DNA of 61,379 bases, counting the filler. It is 5 parts of 5 records of this genome, joined end to end, with 100 filler letters (N's around TTAATTAATTAA, not from the genome) between each part and the next. Parts side by side here need not be neighbours in the genome. Positions count along the whole stretch, not along the records: positions 47,702 to 55,021 come from SRR22947725_2289; positions 55,122 to 61,379 come from SRR22947725_2295; 3 more parts are not named here. One strand, given 5' to 3'. The translations under genes were made by a program, and so were the position numbers. The notes beneath the pieces are model-generated. The model worked only from the letters and a program-made list of their open reading frames with translations. It had not been told where the DNA came from and did no database searches. Of the stretch, positions 51,295 through 60,263 are shown one piece after another (the first letter of the stretch is position 1; every line of letters starts with the position of its first letter).

Positions 51295-52308
51295 TTATAA
51301 CGAGTTTCTTAATATTAGTTTGGTAGGAACATAACACTGCATACGTTCTCCTTTTGTAATAAATTCCGCAGCTTTAGTTCCTAATGCGTTAAAGTCTGTT
51401 GAAATCACTGAAATCCCTTTATAAATAAATTTTTTCATTGGAGTTTCGTTATACGATAAAAAGCCAACATCAATCCCTGGCTCAAATCCCAAAATTCTAC
51501 ATTGTTCCAAAAATTGTCCAAGAATCCTATCACTTACACTCATGTAGGCGATGCCTTTTTCAATATTAAAATCCTTTGCGTTGGTTATTATTTTATAGGT
51601 AAAATGAAAGGTTTCGCAAAAATCTTTAAAGGCACTGACTGTCTCTTTTGGGTGATTTGTGAACGTTGGATATATAAAGTGAATGGCCTTATACTTTTTA
51701 AACAAATCTGCGGATTGTGATAAGGTATCATATACAGATTTACCAAAATCTTGAAAAACAAAATTATTTTGCTCCCCCCTATTGATGTCCCAATCTATAA
51801 GCAATAACTTATCGTTATCTATTTCAGAAATAACATCGCGAATATCTTTATGATTAAAATTCATAACCACGTACTTATAATATTTCCCTTTGCTATTGGT
51901 TAAAATCGTCTTAAAATTTTCTAGATTGTAATGATGGAATTGTACATCGGTTATAATATTTTTTGGCAAATTATTAATGAAGGAATGGTACAAAACTTCT
52001 TTATAAGCCTTAAAAGTATCAAGTACTAAAAGTACTTTCACAATCTTTCTTGCTACGTAATACCCCTTATTTGGAACAGACTCAATAACATCTTGTTCTT
52101 TTAAAATAGAATAGGCCTTAAAAACGGTATCTCTAGATAATCGACAGCTTGTACAGATTGAGTTGACAGAAGGCAGTGTATCCCCAATAGATAATTCATT
52201 ATTGGCAATAGCATCGTTAATGGCATTTACTAATTGCTGATACTTTGGAACATTACTAGCATGATCCACCGTGAAAAAAAAATCTTTATTTAGTATGCCA
52301 ACATCCAT
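51295..52308 (-). CDS. GntR family transcriptional regulator (Bacteroidota type with C-terminal sugar-binding fold)
   Basis: PKYQQLV, GDTLPSVN, LSRDTVFKAY, SYNETPMK. Confidence 0.9.
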   Translation of the reverse strand: MDVGILNKDFFFTVDHASNVPKYQQLVNAINDAIANNELSIGDTLPSVNSICTSCRLSRDTVFKAYSILKEQDVIESVPNKGYYVARKIVKVLLVLDTFKAYKEVLYHSFINNLPKNIITDVQFHHYNLENFKTILTNSKGKYYKYVVMNFNHKDIRDVISEIDNDKLLLIDWDINRGEQNNFVFQDFGKSVYDTLSQSADLFKKYKAIHFIYPTFTNHPKETVSAFKDFCETFHFTYKIITNAKDFNIEKGIAYMSVSDRILGQFLEQCRILGFEPGIDVGFLSYNETPMKKFIYKGISVISTDFNALGTKAAEFITKGERMQCYVPTKLILRNSL

Positions 52309-52332
52309 TCTGTACTGTTCTGGTAGGCAAAC

Positions 52333-52965
52333 TTAACTAAATATAAATATTGAGGCAAATAATTTTTCAATTGAGTTTTCCCCCTCTATATGATATGTTT
52401 TAATACCTAAATTTTGAGCAGCTTTTATATTATCTAAAGAATCATCTACAAATAAGGTTTCACTTGGGTTTAAATTACTATTACTAAGAGCAAATTCAAA
52501 GACCTCCGTGTCGGGCTTTCTAATGCCTACTTCATGAGAATAATATGCCTTCAGAAATAAATCATTAAAAGATATATTGTTTTCATCATTAACTTCTCGA
52601 ATAAATTTTTCCTTATGAATACTATTCGTGTTACTCAAAAGAAATATATTATACGTCTCTTTTAAATGGAAAAGCATATCAATTTTTTCTCGTGGCATAT
52701 CCAAAATCATAGCATTCCATGCCTCACGTATTTGATTATTTGAAGGATTTAATACTGACATGTTTCTAAGTTTTTCTATAAATTCAAACTCAGAAATCTT
52801 TCCTATTTCGAGGTCATAGAAAATTGGATTGGCATAATGATGTCCTGTATCATTCACTACATTAGTAATCCCAAGACGTTCAAATTCCTTTATAGTTCTA
52901 GGAACATCAAGTCCCATAATTACTCCTCCTAAATCGAAAATTATATTTTTTATGCTTTTGTTCAT
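52333..52965 (-). CDS. HAD family phosphatase (YihX-like)
   Basis: IIFDLGGVI, LLSNTN, RKPD, LFVDDS. Confidence 0.92.
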   Translation of the reverse strand: MNKSIKNIIFDLGGVIMGLDVPRTIKEFERLGITNVVNDTGHHYANPIFYDLEIGKISEFEFIEKLRNMSVLNPSNNQIREAWNAMILDMPREKIDMLFHLKETYNIFLLSNTNSIHKEKFIREVNDENNISFNDLFLKAYYSHEVGIRKPDTEVFEFALSNSNLNPSETLFVDDSLDNIKAAQNLGIKTYHIEGENSIEKLFASIFIFS

Positions 52966-53008
52966 TCAATAATTACTTTTGGGTATTTAACTCGTTGTAT
53001 TTTAATTT

Positions 53009-54199
53009 CTATAATAGGTTCTTTTTTAGAAATTCAAATTCTACAATAACAGGGTTTCCAGAAATTGATATTAAATTTTTTACCTTATAAGTGGCTTTCA
53101 ATGAGTTTGCTTGAATAACACTGTCATTATACAAATTCATTGTAGTTAAATTAACCTTGTGCGCTTTAAAAGAAAGCAATTTAGGCATTTTAGTTCCTTT
53201 TGGTTTATCGATAAACTCCAATTCAAAATCTATATCTGAACTATTTTTAAACTGTATAAATCTAGAGAAAGTTTCGACTATCATTGGAAGATCAACGACC
53301 TCAACAGAAGCTTCAAATAATTGTTTTAGATGCTCATGATGACCAACTATAGTATTTTCAAAATATGCAGCGGTTCTTCCTTCAAACATGGCTTCTCTAA
53401 TTGAGGCTTCAGATTTGGATCCTTCAACAAGTACAATGTCTGAGCTTTCATCCTCAGAATAAACTGCCATATTAAATTTGGTGCCTAACACTTCTACATT
53501 AAGCTCTTGCGCATTAACTCTAAAAGGGTGCTTGGTGTCTTTCACTACATTAAAAAATGCTTCACCGCCCATTAAATAAACTTCTCTTTCTTTGCCTGGT
53601 AAAAATTTTACTGGGTACTTAATAGTAGTCCCCGCATTTAAAGACACATTCGTTCCATCGGACAAGACAATGTCAAAACGTTTACCATAGGGCACTTTTA
53701 ATTCGTTGTACACCAATTCGTTTGATGCGCTAATCCCATCATAGACCATTTTATTGCCTTTTTGAATGCCGATTACGCTTCCATTGCTATTTACAATTTG
53801 AGCTTCGTTGGCATCATTGATGATTTTCACACTACCGTCATCCAACTTTAGGGTAATACTTTTATCATCTGCTGTAATCGCATCCGGTTAATCTGTAAAA
53901 AGATGCCCTATAAATAAAGTTAATGCGATTACTGAAGCATATTTTAAAACAGATTTAGCCTTAAATCTGTTTAGAATAGATTTATCTTTTCTAATCTTAG
54001 TTAGTAGTTCTTTGGCAATCTTATCCGAGTCCAAATTATTCATGCTTCCAGTTATTATATAATGTGTTTTAACATAGTTTTTAAAAATTTTCGCATTTGT
54101 AGATTTAGTTATCCATTGCGATAATTCATCCATGTCATTATTTTCAGATGATCTATTCAAAAATTTATGAATAAGGTTTTCAATCCGTGATGAAATCAT
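53009..54199 (-). pseudogene. FecR-like anti-sigma factor pseudogene: internal in-frame TAA plus in-frame fusion to an unrelated C-terminus
   Basis: ORFs 53888-54199 and 53009-53845 share one frame separated by a single TAA (53888-53890). FecR motifs (VPYGKRF.IVLSDGT.V.LNAGT, GEAFFNV, VLGTKFN, LVEGS) end abruptly near 53417 and are followed by KSEASIREAMFEGRTAAYF. Confidence 0.8.
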
Positions 54200-54301
54200 T
54201 TAAAGTCTTTATATATAACAAAGCCAAATGCTAATACACGTACTTGTTTAAACTTTTTTTATATATATTTGATGATATCAAAGCATGTTAATTAAAATTC
54301 T

Positions 54302-54925
54302 ATGAGCAATTTTAACTCTAATTTGCATTTGATTACTTCACTTAAAAAAGGTGATGAAGCTGCCTATGTATACTTGGTAGATAAATTTCATTATCCCCTA
54401 TCAACGTATATATTAAGTTTAACAAATGATAGTGCTTTAACACAAGATATTATACAGAAAGTCTTTTTAAAAACTTGGGAGTTTCGAAAAAGGCTAAATG
54501 CTGAATATTCCATTAAGAACTTTCTATTTAAATCTGCTTACAATGAATTTGTAAATCAGTACTGGAAAAATCAAACGTTAAAAGAGTTAGAATTAACATA
54601 CGTAAAAGCCATTAACGAATGTGAGGCCGAATTTGAAACCGATGTGTTTAAAAAACTTATAACATTGGTTAAAAAAGAGATTCAAAACCTGCCTCCGAAA
54701 TGCAAAGAAGTTTTTCTACTAAGTAAAGAGGAAGGGCTTTCGAATTTTGAAATATCAGATTATTTACATTTATCTAAAAGAACCGTTGAAACACATATAA
54801 GTAAAGCTTACGCGATAATTCGAAAAAAAATAGGGGATAAATCTAAATTTATACTCTTTATGATGTTTGGTATGCGTAGTAAACTTGCATTACCAGGGCT
54901 TGAAAAGAATAAAACTTTACAATAA
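54302..54925 (+). CDS. ECF sigma-70 factor (Bacteroidota PUL type)
   Basis: DIIQKVFLKTWE region 2; LPPKCKEVFLLSKEEGLS..EI...L.LSKRTVETHI region 4; divergent from fecR. Confidence 0.93.
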   Translation: MSNFNSNLHLITSLKKGDEAAYVYLVDKFHYPLSTYILSLTNDSALTQDIIQKVFLKTWEFRKRLNAEYSIKNFLFKSAYNEFVNQYWKNQTLKELELTYVKAINECEAEFETDVFKKLITLVKKEIQNLPPKCKEVFLLSKEEGLSNFEISDYLHLSKRTVETHISKAYAIIRKKIGDKSKFILFMMFGMRSKLALPGLEKNKTLQ

Positions 54926-54955
54926 AAAAAGCCTCAACAGTTGTTGAGGCTTTTT
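54924..54955. terminator. Bidirectional rho-independent terminator
   Basis: A7-GCCTCAACA-GT-TGTTGAGGC-T5 between the convergent sigma and tRNA genes. Confidence 0.88.
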
Positions 54956-54956
54956 G

Positions 54957-55021
54957 TGCGGGTGAAGGGACTCGAACCCCCAAGCCGTTAAGCACTAGAT
55001 CCTAAGTCTAGCGTGTCTACC
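54957..55021 (-). tRNA. tRNA-Leu(TAG), 5'-truncated by the contig end
   Basis: Reverse complement GGTAGACACG-CTAGA-CTTAGGA-TCTAG-TGCTTAACGGCTT-GGGGGTTCGAGTCCCT-TCACCCGCA: anticodon arm with TAG, long variable arm, GTTCGAGTC T-loop. Confidence 0.93.
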
Positions 55022-55121
55022 NNNNNNNNNNNNNNNNNNNNNNNNNNNNNNNNNNNNNNNNNNNNTTAATTAATTAANNNNNNNNNNNNNNNNNNNNNNN
55101 NNNNNNNNNNNNNNNNNNNNN
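55022..55121. other. Artificial contig spacer
   Basis: N44-TTAATTAATTAA-N44. Confidence 0.99.
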
Positions 55122-55123
55122 TA

Positions 55124-55504
55124 AGTGCCGATGACTTCTTTCTTGGCATGTTCGAAACAGCTTTGGATGGTGAACTCATCAAAGCAATTCACATCCCAGT
55201 TGCAACGTCCGAACAACGTTTTGGCTTTCACGAGCTGACACAGCGGCACGGTGATTACGCCCTCGCAGGGGTTGCTATCGCTCAAACATCGAACACATAT
55301 CGCGCGGCCTTTTTCGGGGTAGCAGATCGTGCAATGCGCGTGCCAGAACTTGAAGTGGCACTTGAAAAACAAGCCGATTTCTCATCCGTTCTCGAACACC
55401 TCGATAGTATCGATTTCACCGATGATCTCAAAGCAAATTATAAGACCCGTCAGCGTCTTGCAGGGGTTGCTTTGAAACGCGCGTTGAAAGGAATGATAGC
55501 ATGA
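55124..55504 (+). CDS. Mo-hydroxylase FAD-binding medium subunit (CoxM-like), C-terminal fragment
   Basis: Frame open from the contig edge: SADDFFLGMFETAL..ELI, RHGDYALAGVA; overlaps the start of the 2Fe-2S gene. Confidence 0.85.
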   Translation, partial: SADDFFLGMFETALDGELIKAIHIPVATSEQRFGFHELTQRHGDYALAGVAIAQTSNTYRAAFFGVADRAMRVPELEVALEKQADFSSVLEHLDSIDFTDDLKANYKTRQRLAGVALKRALKGMIA

Positions 55505-55977
55505 GCCGCTCTATAAATATCAGCCTACGCGTAAATGGCGAAGATGTGCACGCAAACGTTCCGTCCCGACTTAACTTGGTGGATTTTCTACGCGAAGAGC
55601 TTTCTTTGACAGGTAGCCATGTTGGCTGTGAACATGGTGTTTGTGGCGCATGTACTATAACCGTGGACGGAGACACGGTGCGCGGGTGTTTGATGCTTGC
55701 AGCGCAAGCTGACGGTAAAGATATCACCACAATCGAGGGCCTTGCGGAAAACGGCCAAAGTGCGCAGCTACAGGCGGCCTTCACTAAACACAACGCTCTG
55801 CAATGTGGCTTTTGCACTCCCGGAATGCTCGCCAGTGCGCTTGGATATGTAAACGCTGGCGGCAGTGCAGATCGCGATATCATTCGTCAGCATATCTCTG
55901 GAAATTACTGCCGCTGCACCGGCTATCAATCCATCGTTAACGCAATTTGTGACGTGATCGAGGAGACAAGCGTATGA
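55501..55977 (+). CDS. Mo-hydroxylase 2Fe-2S small subunit (CoxS-like)
   Basis: GCEHGVCGACT, ALQCGFCTPG, GNYCRCTGY. Confidence 0.95.
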   Translation: MSRSINISLRVNGEDVHANVPSRLNLVDFLREELSLTGSHVGCEHGVCGACTITVDGDTVRGCLMLAAQADGKDITTIEGLAENGQSAQLQAAFTKHNALQCGFCTPGMLASALGYVNAGGSADRDIIRQHISGNYCRCTGYQSIVNAICDVIEETSV

Positions 55978-58358
55978 CCGGTCCGGCGCATATCTTCGAC
56001 AAGCCAAATCGCTACATCGGCAAACCAGAGCCCCGCGCAGACGCGGCGCGTTTGTTGCAAGGGCGCGGAAGCTACATTGATGACCAAAAACTACCCCGTA
56101 TGGCGCATGCCGCATTCGTACGATCCCCACATGCGCATGCAAAGATCCTCTCGATTGATACGGAAGGGGCACGCGCAGCTAAGGGCGTGGTCGCGGTGTA
56201 CTCTGGTGAAGACATAGCCAAGCATGTCGCGCCCTATGTCGGCACGTTGACCCATCTCGCAGGCCTTCGCTCCATGCCGCAGCACCCACTTGCGGTAGGG
56301 GTGGCGCGTTGGCAAGGTGAGCCTGTTGTGATGATCATCGCCACATCTCGCGCTTTAGCCGAAGATGCCTGCGAGCTGGTCTATGTGGATTATGATGAGC
56401 TCCCCGCAGCCGTCGATTCGGAGACCGCTTTGGATACGGGTGCGCCAATTATTCACTCAGAACTTGGAAGCAACCTTGCTTGGGAACGCGATGTCGTCGC
56501 AGGCGATATCGACGCTGCTTTTGCCGCGCCTGACGTACATGTGGTGGAGCGCGAGTTTCGCTTTGGTCGCCACACTGGTGTCACCTTGGAAACTCGTGGT
56601 ACGGTGTGTGACTATGATCCCTCTGAGAACAAACTTACCGTCTACTACTCTGGGCAAGCCCCGCATATGATGCAGGTAATATTCTCCAAGCATCTCGACC
56701 TACCCGAAGAAAACATACGTGTCATTTCCAACGACGTCGGCGGCTCTTTCGGGATAAAAATCCACACATATGGCGATGAGATTGCGACAGCGGCAGCCGC
56801 TAAACTACTCAAACGACCTGTGAAGTTTATTGCCGATCGATTCGAAAGTTTTTTAACAGACATCCACGCACGCGATCATATTGTGAGAGCTAAGATGGGG
56901 GTTACCGAAGCGGGAAAAATCGTAGGTATAGACTTTGATGATCTTACTGGCATCGGCCCGTTTTCTATGTATCCACGCACTTCAGCAATTGAATGTAATC
57001 AAGTTCTGAACCTAACGGGAGCCCCTTACGTGATGGAAAATTACCGCGCGAAAGGGCGCGTCGTATTCCAGAACAAAACGCTGATGTGCCAGTACCGCGC
57101 CGTCGGCCACCCAATTGCTATGGCAATCGCGGATGGCTTGCTGGAAGACGCAGCGCGAAAGATTGGTATGGATCCGGTTGCGCTGCGTGAGATCAATTTG
57201 ATGGCGGATGACAGTTACCCGCGCACTTCTGCGACGGGGATGAAGCTTGATGATCTCAGCCACAAACGCGCTCTGCGCAAACTAACCGATCTGATGGATT
57301 ACGATGGTCTGCGCGTGAGGCAAACCTTGGCTCGCAAAAAGGGTATCTACCACGGAATTGGCTTTGTTTCAATGGTCGAAGTTACCAACCCCAGCCCAAT
57401 GTTCTATGGCATTGGCGGGGCGCCTATTGCATCTCAAGATGGCGCAACTGTGCGCCTTGATGCGGGTGGTGCGCTTCATATTTCATCTTCAATTACCGAA
57501 CAAGGACAAGGCACAAACGCTATTCTCGCGCAGATTGCGGCTGGTGTGTTTGGAGTTGATCTCAACCGCGTGAAAGTCACTACAGGCGACACCGCAACCA
57601 CACCCTATGGCGGAGGCACATGGGCTTCGCGCGGTGCCGGAATTGGCGGTGAAGCTATGTTGCAAGCAGCGCAAGCACTGAAGGATCAAGTGCTCGAAGT
57701 GGCAGGTGTCATGCTGCAAACAGGTGTTGAAACACTCGACATTCAAAGTGGTGCTGTCACTGATATCGATGGCTCCGTGCGCCTGACTTTAGCAGATCTT
57801 GCGCGTACAGTATATTATCGTGGCAATGAACTACCTAATGATCTCAACCCCGAACTAATTGCTACGCGTCATTATCGCGTTACCGATTTCCCATTCGTAT
57901 TCACAAACGGCGCAATGGCTGCGCATGTGGAGGTTGATATCGAAACAGGCTTTGTCAAAGTGCTGCACTTCTGGGCTGTCGAAGACTGTGGCCGCGTCAT
58001 CAACCCCTTATTAGTGGATGAGCAGATCCGGGGCGGCGTTGTCCAAGGTATCGGTGGCGCACTTTATGAAGAGTGCCACTATTCGCCCGATGGTCAGTTC
58101 CTCAATGCTACGATGGCCGACTATATGGTGCCCATGGCCAGTGAAATGCCAGAAATCACAATCGCTCACATCGAAACGCCAACTAAGACATCCATACTTG
58201 GCGCGAAAGGTGCGGGAGAGGCGGGAACAGGCGGAGCGCCCGCGGCGATATTGAATGCTGTGAACGACGCATTGTCGCCATTGGGGGCAAGCATTTGGCA
58301 GATGCCCATGACGCCAGAACGTATTTTGATGTCACTCGATCAGGCAGACTGTAAATAA
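55974..58358 (+). CDS. Xanthine dehydrogenase family molybdopterin-binding large subunit (CoxL-like, not a CO dehydrogenase)
   Basis: RSPHAHAKI, DVGGSFGIK, GQGT, GGTWASRG, GGVVQGIGGALYE, GAKGAGEAG; active-site loop QYRAVGH. Confidence 0.92.
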   Translation: MTGPAHIFDKPNRYIGKPEPRADAARLLQGRGSYIDDQKLPRMAHAAFVRSPHAHAKILSIDTEGARAAKGVVAVYSGEDIAKHVAPYVGTLTHLAGLRSMPQHPLAVGVARWQGEPVVMIIATSRALAEDACELVYVDYDELPAAVDSETALDTGAPIIHSELGSNLAWERDVVAGDIDAAFAAPDVHVVEREFRFGRHTGVTLETRGTVCDYDPSENKLTVYYSGQAPHMMQVIFSKHLDLPEENIRVISNDVGGSFGIKIHTYGDEIATAAAAKLLKRPVKFIADRFESFLTDIHARDHIVRAKMGVTEAGKIVGIDFDDLTGIGPFSMYPRTSAIECNQVLNLTGAPYVMENYRAKGRVVFQNKTLMCQYRAVGHPIAMAIADGLLEDAARKIGMDPVALREINLMADDSYPRTSATGMKLDDLSHKRALRKLTDLMDYDGLRVRQTLARKKGIYHGIGFVSMVEVTNPSPMFYGIGGAPIASQDGATVRLDAGGALHISSSITEQGQGTNAILAQIAAGVFGVDLNRVKVTTGDTATTPYGGGTWASRGAGIGGEAMLQAAQALKDQVLEVAGVMLQTGVETLDIQSGAVTDIDGSVRLTLADLARTVYYRGNELPNDLNPELIATRHYRVTDFPFVFTNGAMAAHVEVDIETGFVKVLHFWAVEDCGRVINPLLVDEQIRGGVVQGIGGALYEECHYSPDGQFLNATMADYMVPMASEMPEITIAHIETPTKTSILGAKGAGEAGTGGAPAAILNAVNDALSPLGASIWQMPMTPERILMSLDQADCK

Positions 58359-58370
58359 TCTTGCATAGGA

Positions 58371-58400
58371 AAAGGCGCGCCTTCAAATGAGCGCGCCTTT
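58371..58400. terminator. Bidirectional terminator-like hairpin
   Basis: AAAGGCGCGC-N10-GCGCGCCTTT between convergent coxL-like and dctP genes. Confidence 0.8.
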
Positions 58401-58427
58401 CTATATTCTGTTGTTGTGAAGCGTCGA

Positions 58428-59495
58428 TTACTCGACAGCGTAGGCCACTGGCCATTCAACGCCTGCAGCTTCTGCTGCGGCAAGATAGGCTTTTAAAACT
58501 TCGCTACCTGGCATGCCACGGCTGTCCGCTTCAGTGGCTTGCTGCTGTGGGAAACCAACAAGTGATTCCGCCCAGCCTGCACGTGCATCCGCGGGTAAAG
58601 ACTTCACGTTAGCGCCCGCTGCCTCTAAACCGTCAAGTCCACGCTTTTGGGCTGCGTTCAAAGATGCACCGGATTGGTCCTCATAGGCTTGGCCAACTTC
58701 ACGAATAATCGCTTGGACATCTTCTGGGAGGCTCGCCATTGTTCGGCTGTTCATTGTCAGCGCATTGACTGGCATCGCACCGAAACCCACCAATGTATAG
58801 TTGGGTGCAGGCTCATGAAATTTGAAGCCAAGATAGGCAGATGGGAACATCAACCAGCCATTATAAACGCCTGTTTGAAGCGAAAGATAGCCATCTGGCA
58901 ATGTTGATTGCACGGGGATTGCGCCAGCAAACTCTAGCCACGGTAAGTTCGGACCCGCGCCACCAACTTTGACACCTTTCAAGTCGTCAACCGTATCCCA
59001 CGGGTCTGTCGTGCCCAAGTGATAGTTGTCCCAACCATGCAGGCCTAATAATTCTTGTTTGTACTCCTTCGTGAACTGCTCGGTGAGCCACGGAACATCA
59101 TTATATACCGAGCGCACAGCCGTCATCGCTTGTGCCGAATCTTGGGATCCGAAAGGCGCGTAGTAAGGAAAATTGTGCAGGAACAGTTTGGCAGGCTCAA
59201 AACATATGCAGTACGCGCCTACGTCAAGAATGCCGTTCTGGACTGCTTCTAACGTCTCTGCAACACCAGCGATTGCGCCGCCATATCCTTCGACAAATTC
59301 GATTTCATGATCTGTCTCAGCTGCAACTCGGCGCACAACTTCAGGTACGAAAAAATTTGCAGTATCAGTCACATATACCGCCGGACCATTTGGATGGCCA
59401 GAGCCAATACGAAGCGTGAACGTGTCCGCCGCGAGTGGAGCCGCTAAAGCAGAAAGCGCGAGAGCCCCAAGGCTTAAGGTTATTGTCTTTTTCAT
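58428..59495 (-). CDS. TRAP transporter substrate-binding protein (DctP family)
   Basis: Signal peptide MKKTITLSLGALAL.., LEAVQNGILDVG, DDLKGVK, YLSLQTGV; GGGAGG RBS before ATG 59495. Confidence 0.9.
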   Translation of the reverse strand: MKKTITLSLGALALSALAAPLAADTFTLRIGSGHPNGPAVYVTDTANFFVPEVVRRVAAETDHEIEFVEGYGGAIAGVAETLEAVQNGILDVGAYCICFEPAKLFLHNFPYYAPFGSQDSAQAMTAVRSVYNDVPWLTEQFTKEYKQELLGLHGWDNYHLGTTDPWDTVDDLKGVKVGGAGPNLPWLEFAGAIPVQSTLPDGYLSLQTGVYNGWLMFPSAYLGFKFHEPAPNYTLVGFGAMPVNALTMNSRTMASLPEDVQAIIREVGQAYEDQSGASLNAAQKRGLDGLEAAGANVKSLPADARAGWAESLVGFPQQQATEADSRGMPGSEVLKAYLAAAEAAGVEWPVAYAVE

Positions 59496-59730
59496 TAAAG
59501 TTCCTCCCAGGATGTGCGGCCTTGACCGCTTATCAAGCACTGTTTGCCAATTTAGTCGGCTTTTTTATCAGTTGCAGGTAACGCAATGTCTGCACATCGC
59601 GTCGCGGTGGTCAAGAAACTCTATAGCCGATTCCAAAATTAATTTATCAATCGCTAAATAAGCGCTTGATCCTCACGCCCCATCGGTTAGCGTTCTTACA
59701 TTAAGCTAGTATTGTATAGGGAAAGCCAAA

Positions 59731-60252
59731 ATGAAGGCACATATTAAGGGCGCTCGTATGCTGCATATTATCTCAGCATTCTGGACGCTCGCTCTCGCAC
59801 TTCTCATTTTTGGTGACGTGATGGGCAGAATTTTTCTGACACGACCTATTCCGGGCACGAAAGAAATTTTACAAAACTCAATCGTAACAATCACGTTCTT
59901 GCAAATCCCTCTGGCAATCTACTCAGGCTCGATGCTGCGCACGACGATACTTTCAGATGCTGTACCGCCAACGATGCGGCGTATCTTACGCACCCTAGCA
60001 TCCCTTTTCGGCCTAGCACTTTTTCTTGCTTTGATATGGGGTACGATCCCGTCATTCTATGACGCCTATCGTATAGGCGAGTACGAGGGCGAAGGCTCAT
60101 TGCGCGTACCAACTTGGCCCGTGCGCGGCGCGATTGCGGCAATGTCCGCATTTGGCGCTTTTGCTTATGCCTACATGATTTGGATCGATTGGCGCGGCGA
60201 ATTAGTGCTAGAAAATGAAGCGCCTGGCGCTCTGCGACGGTTAGAAAATTAG
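59731..60252 (+). CDS. TRAP transporter small permease (DctQ)
   Basis: Four TM segments, DVMGR..L.RPIPGTKE, P.WP motif; precedes dctM. Confidence 0.88.
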   Translation: MKAHIKGARMLHIISAFWTLALALLIFGDVMGRIFLTRPIPGTKEILQNSIVTITFLQIPLAIYSGSMLRTTILSDAVPPTMRRILRTLASLFGLALFLALIWGTIPSFYDAYRIGEYEGEGSLRVPTWPVRGAIAAMSAFGAFAYAYMIWIDWRGELVLENEAPGALRRLEN

Positions 60253-60263
60253 GAGCGCACTAC

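Noticed and set aside
53888..53890. Programmed stop-codon readthrough or alternative genetic code in fecR
   Set aside because: TAA terminates neighbouring genes normally and the same gene has a second lesion, so pseudogenisation is simpler.
55974..58358. Aerobic CO dehydrogenase coxL
   Set aside because: Lacks the AYxCSFR (form I) and AYxGAGR (form II) motifs.
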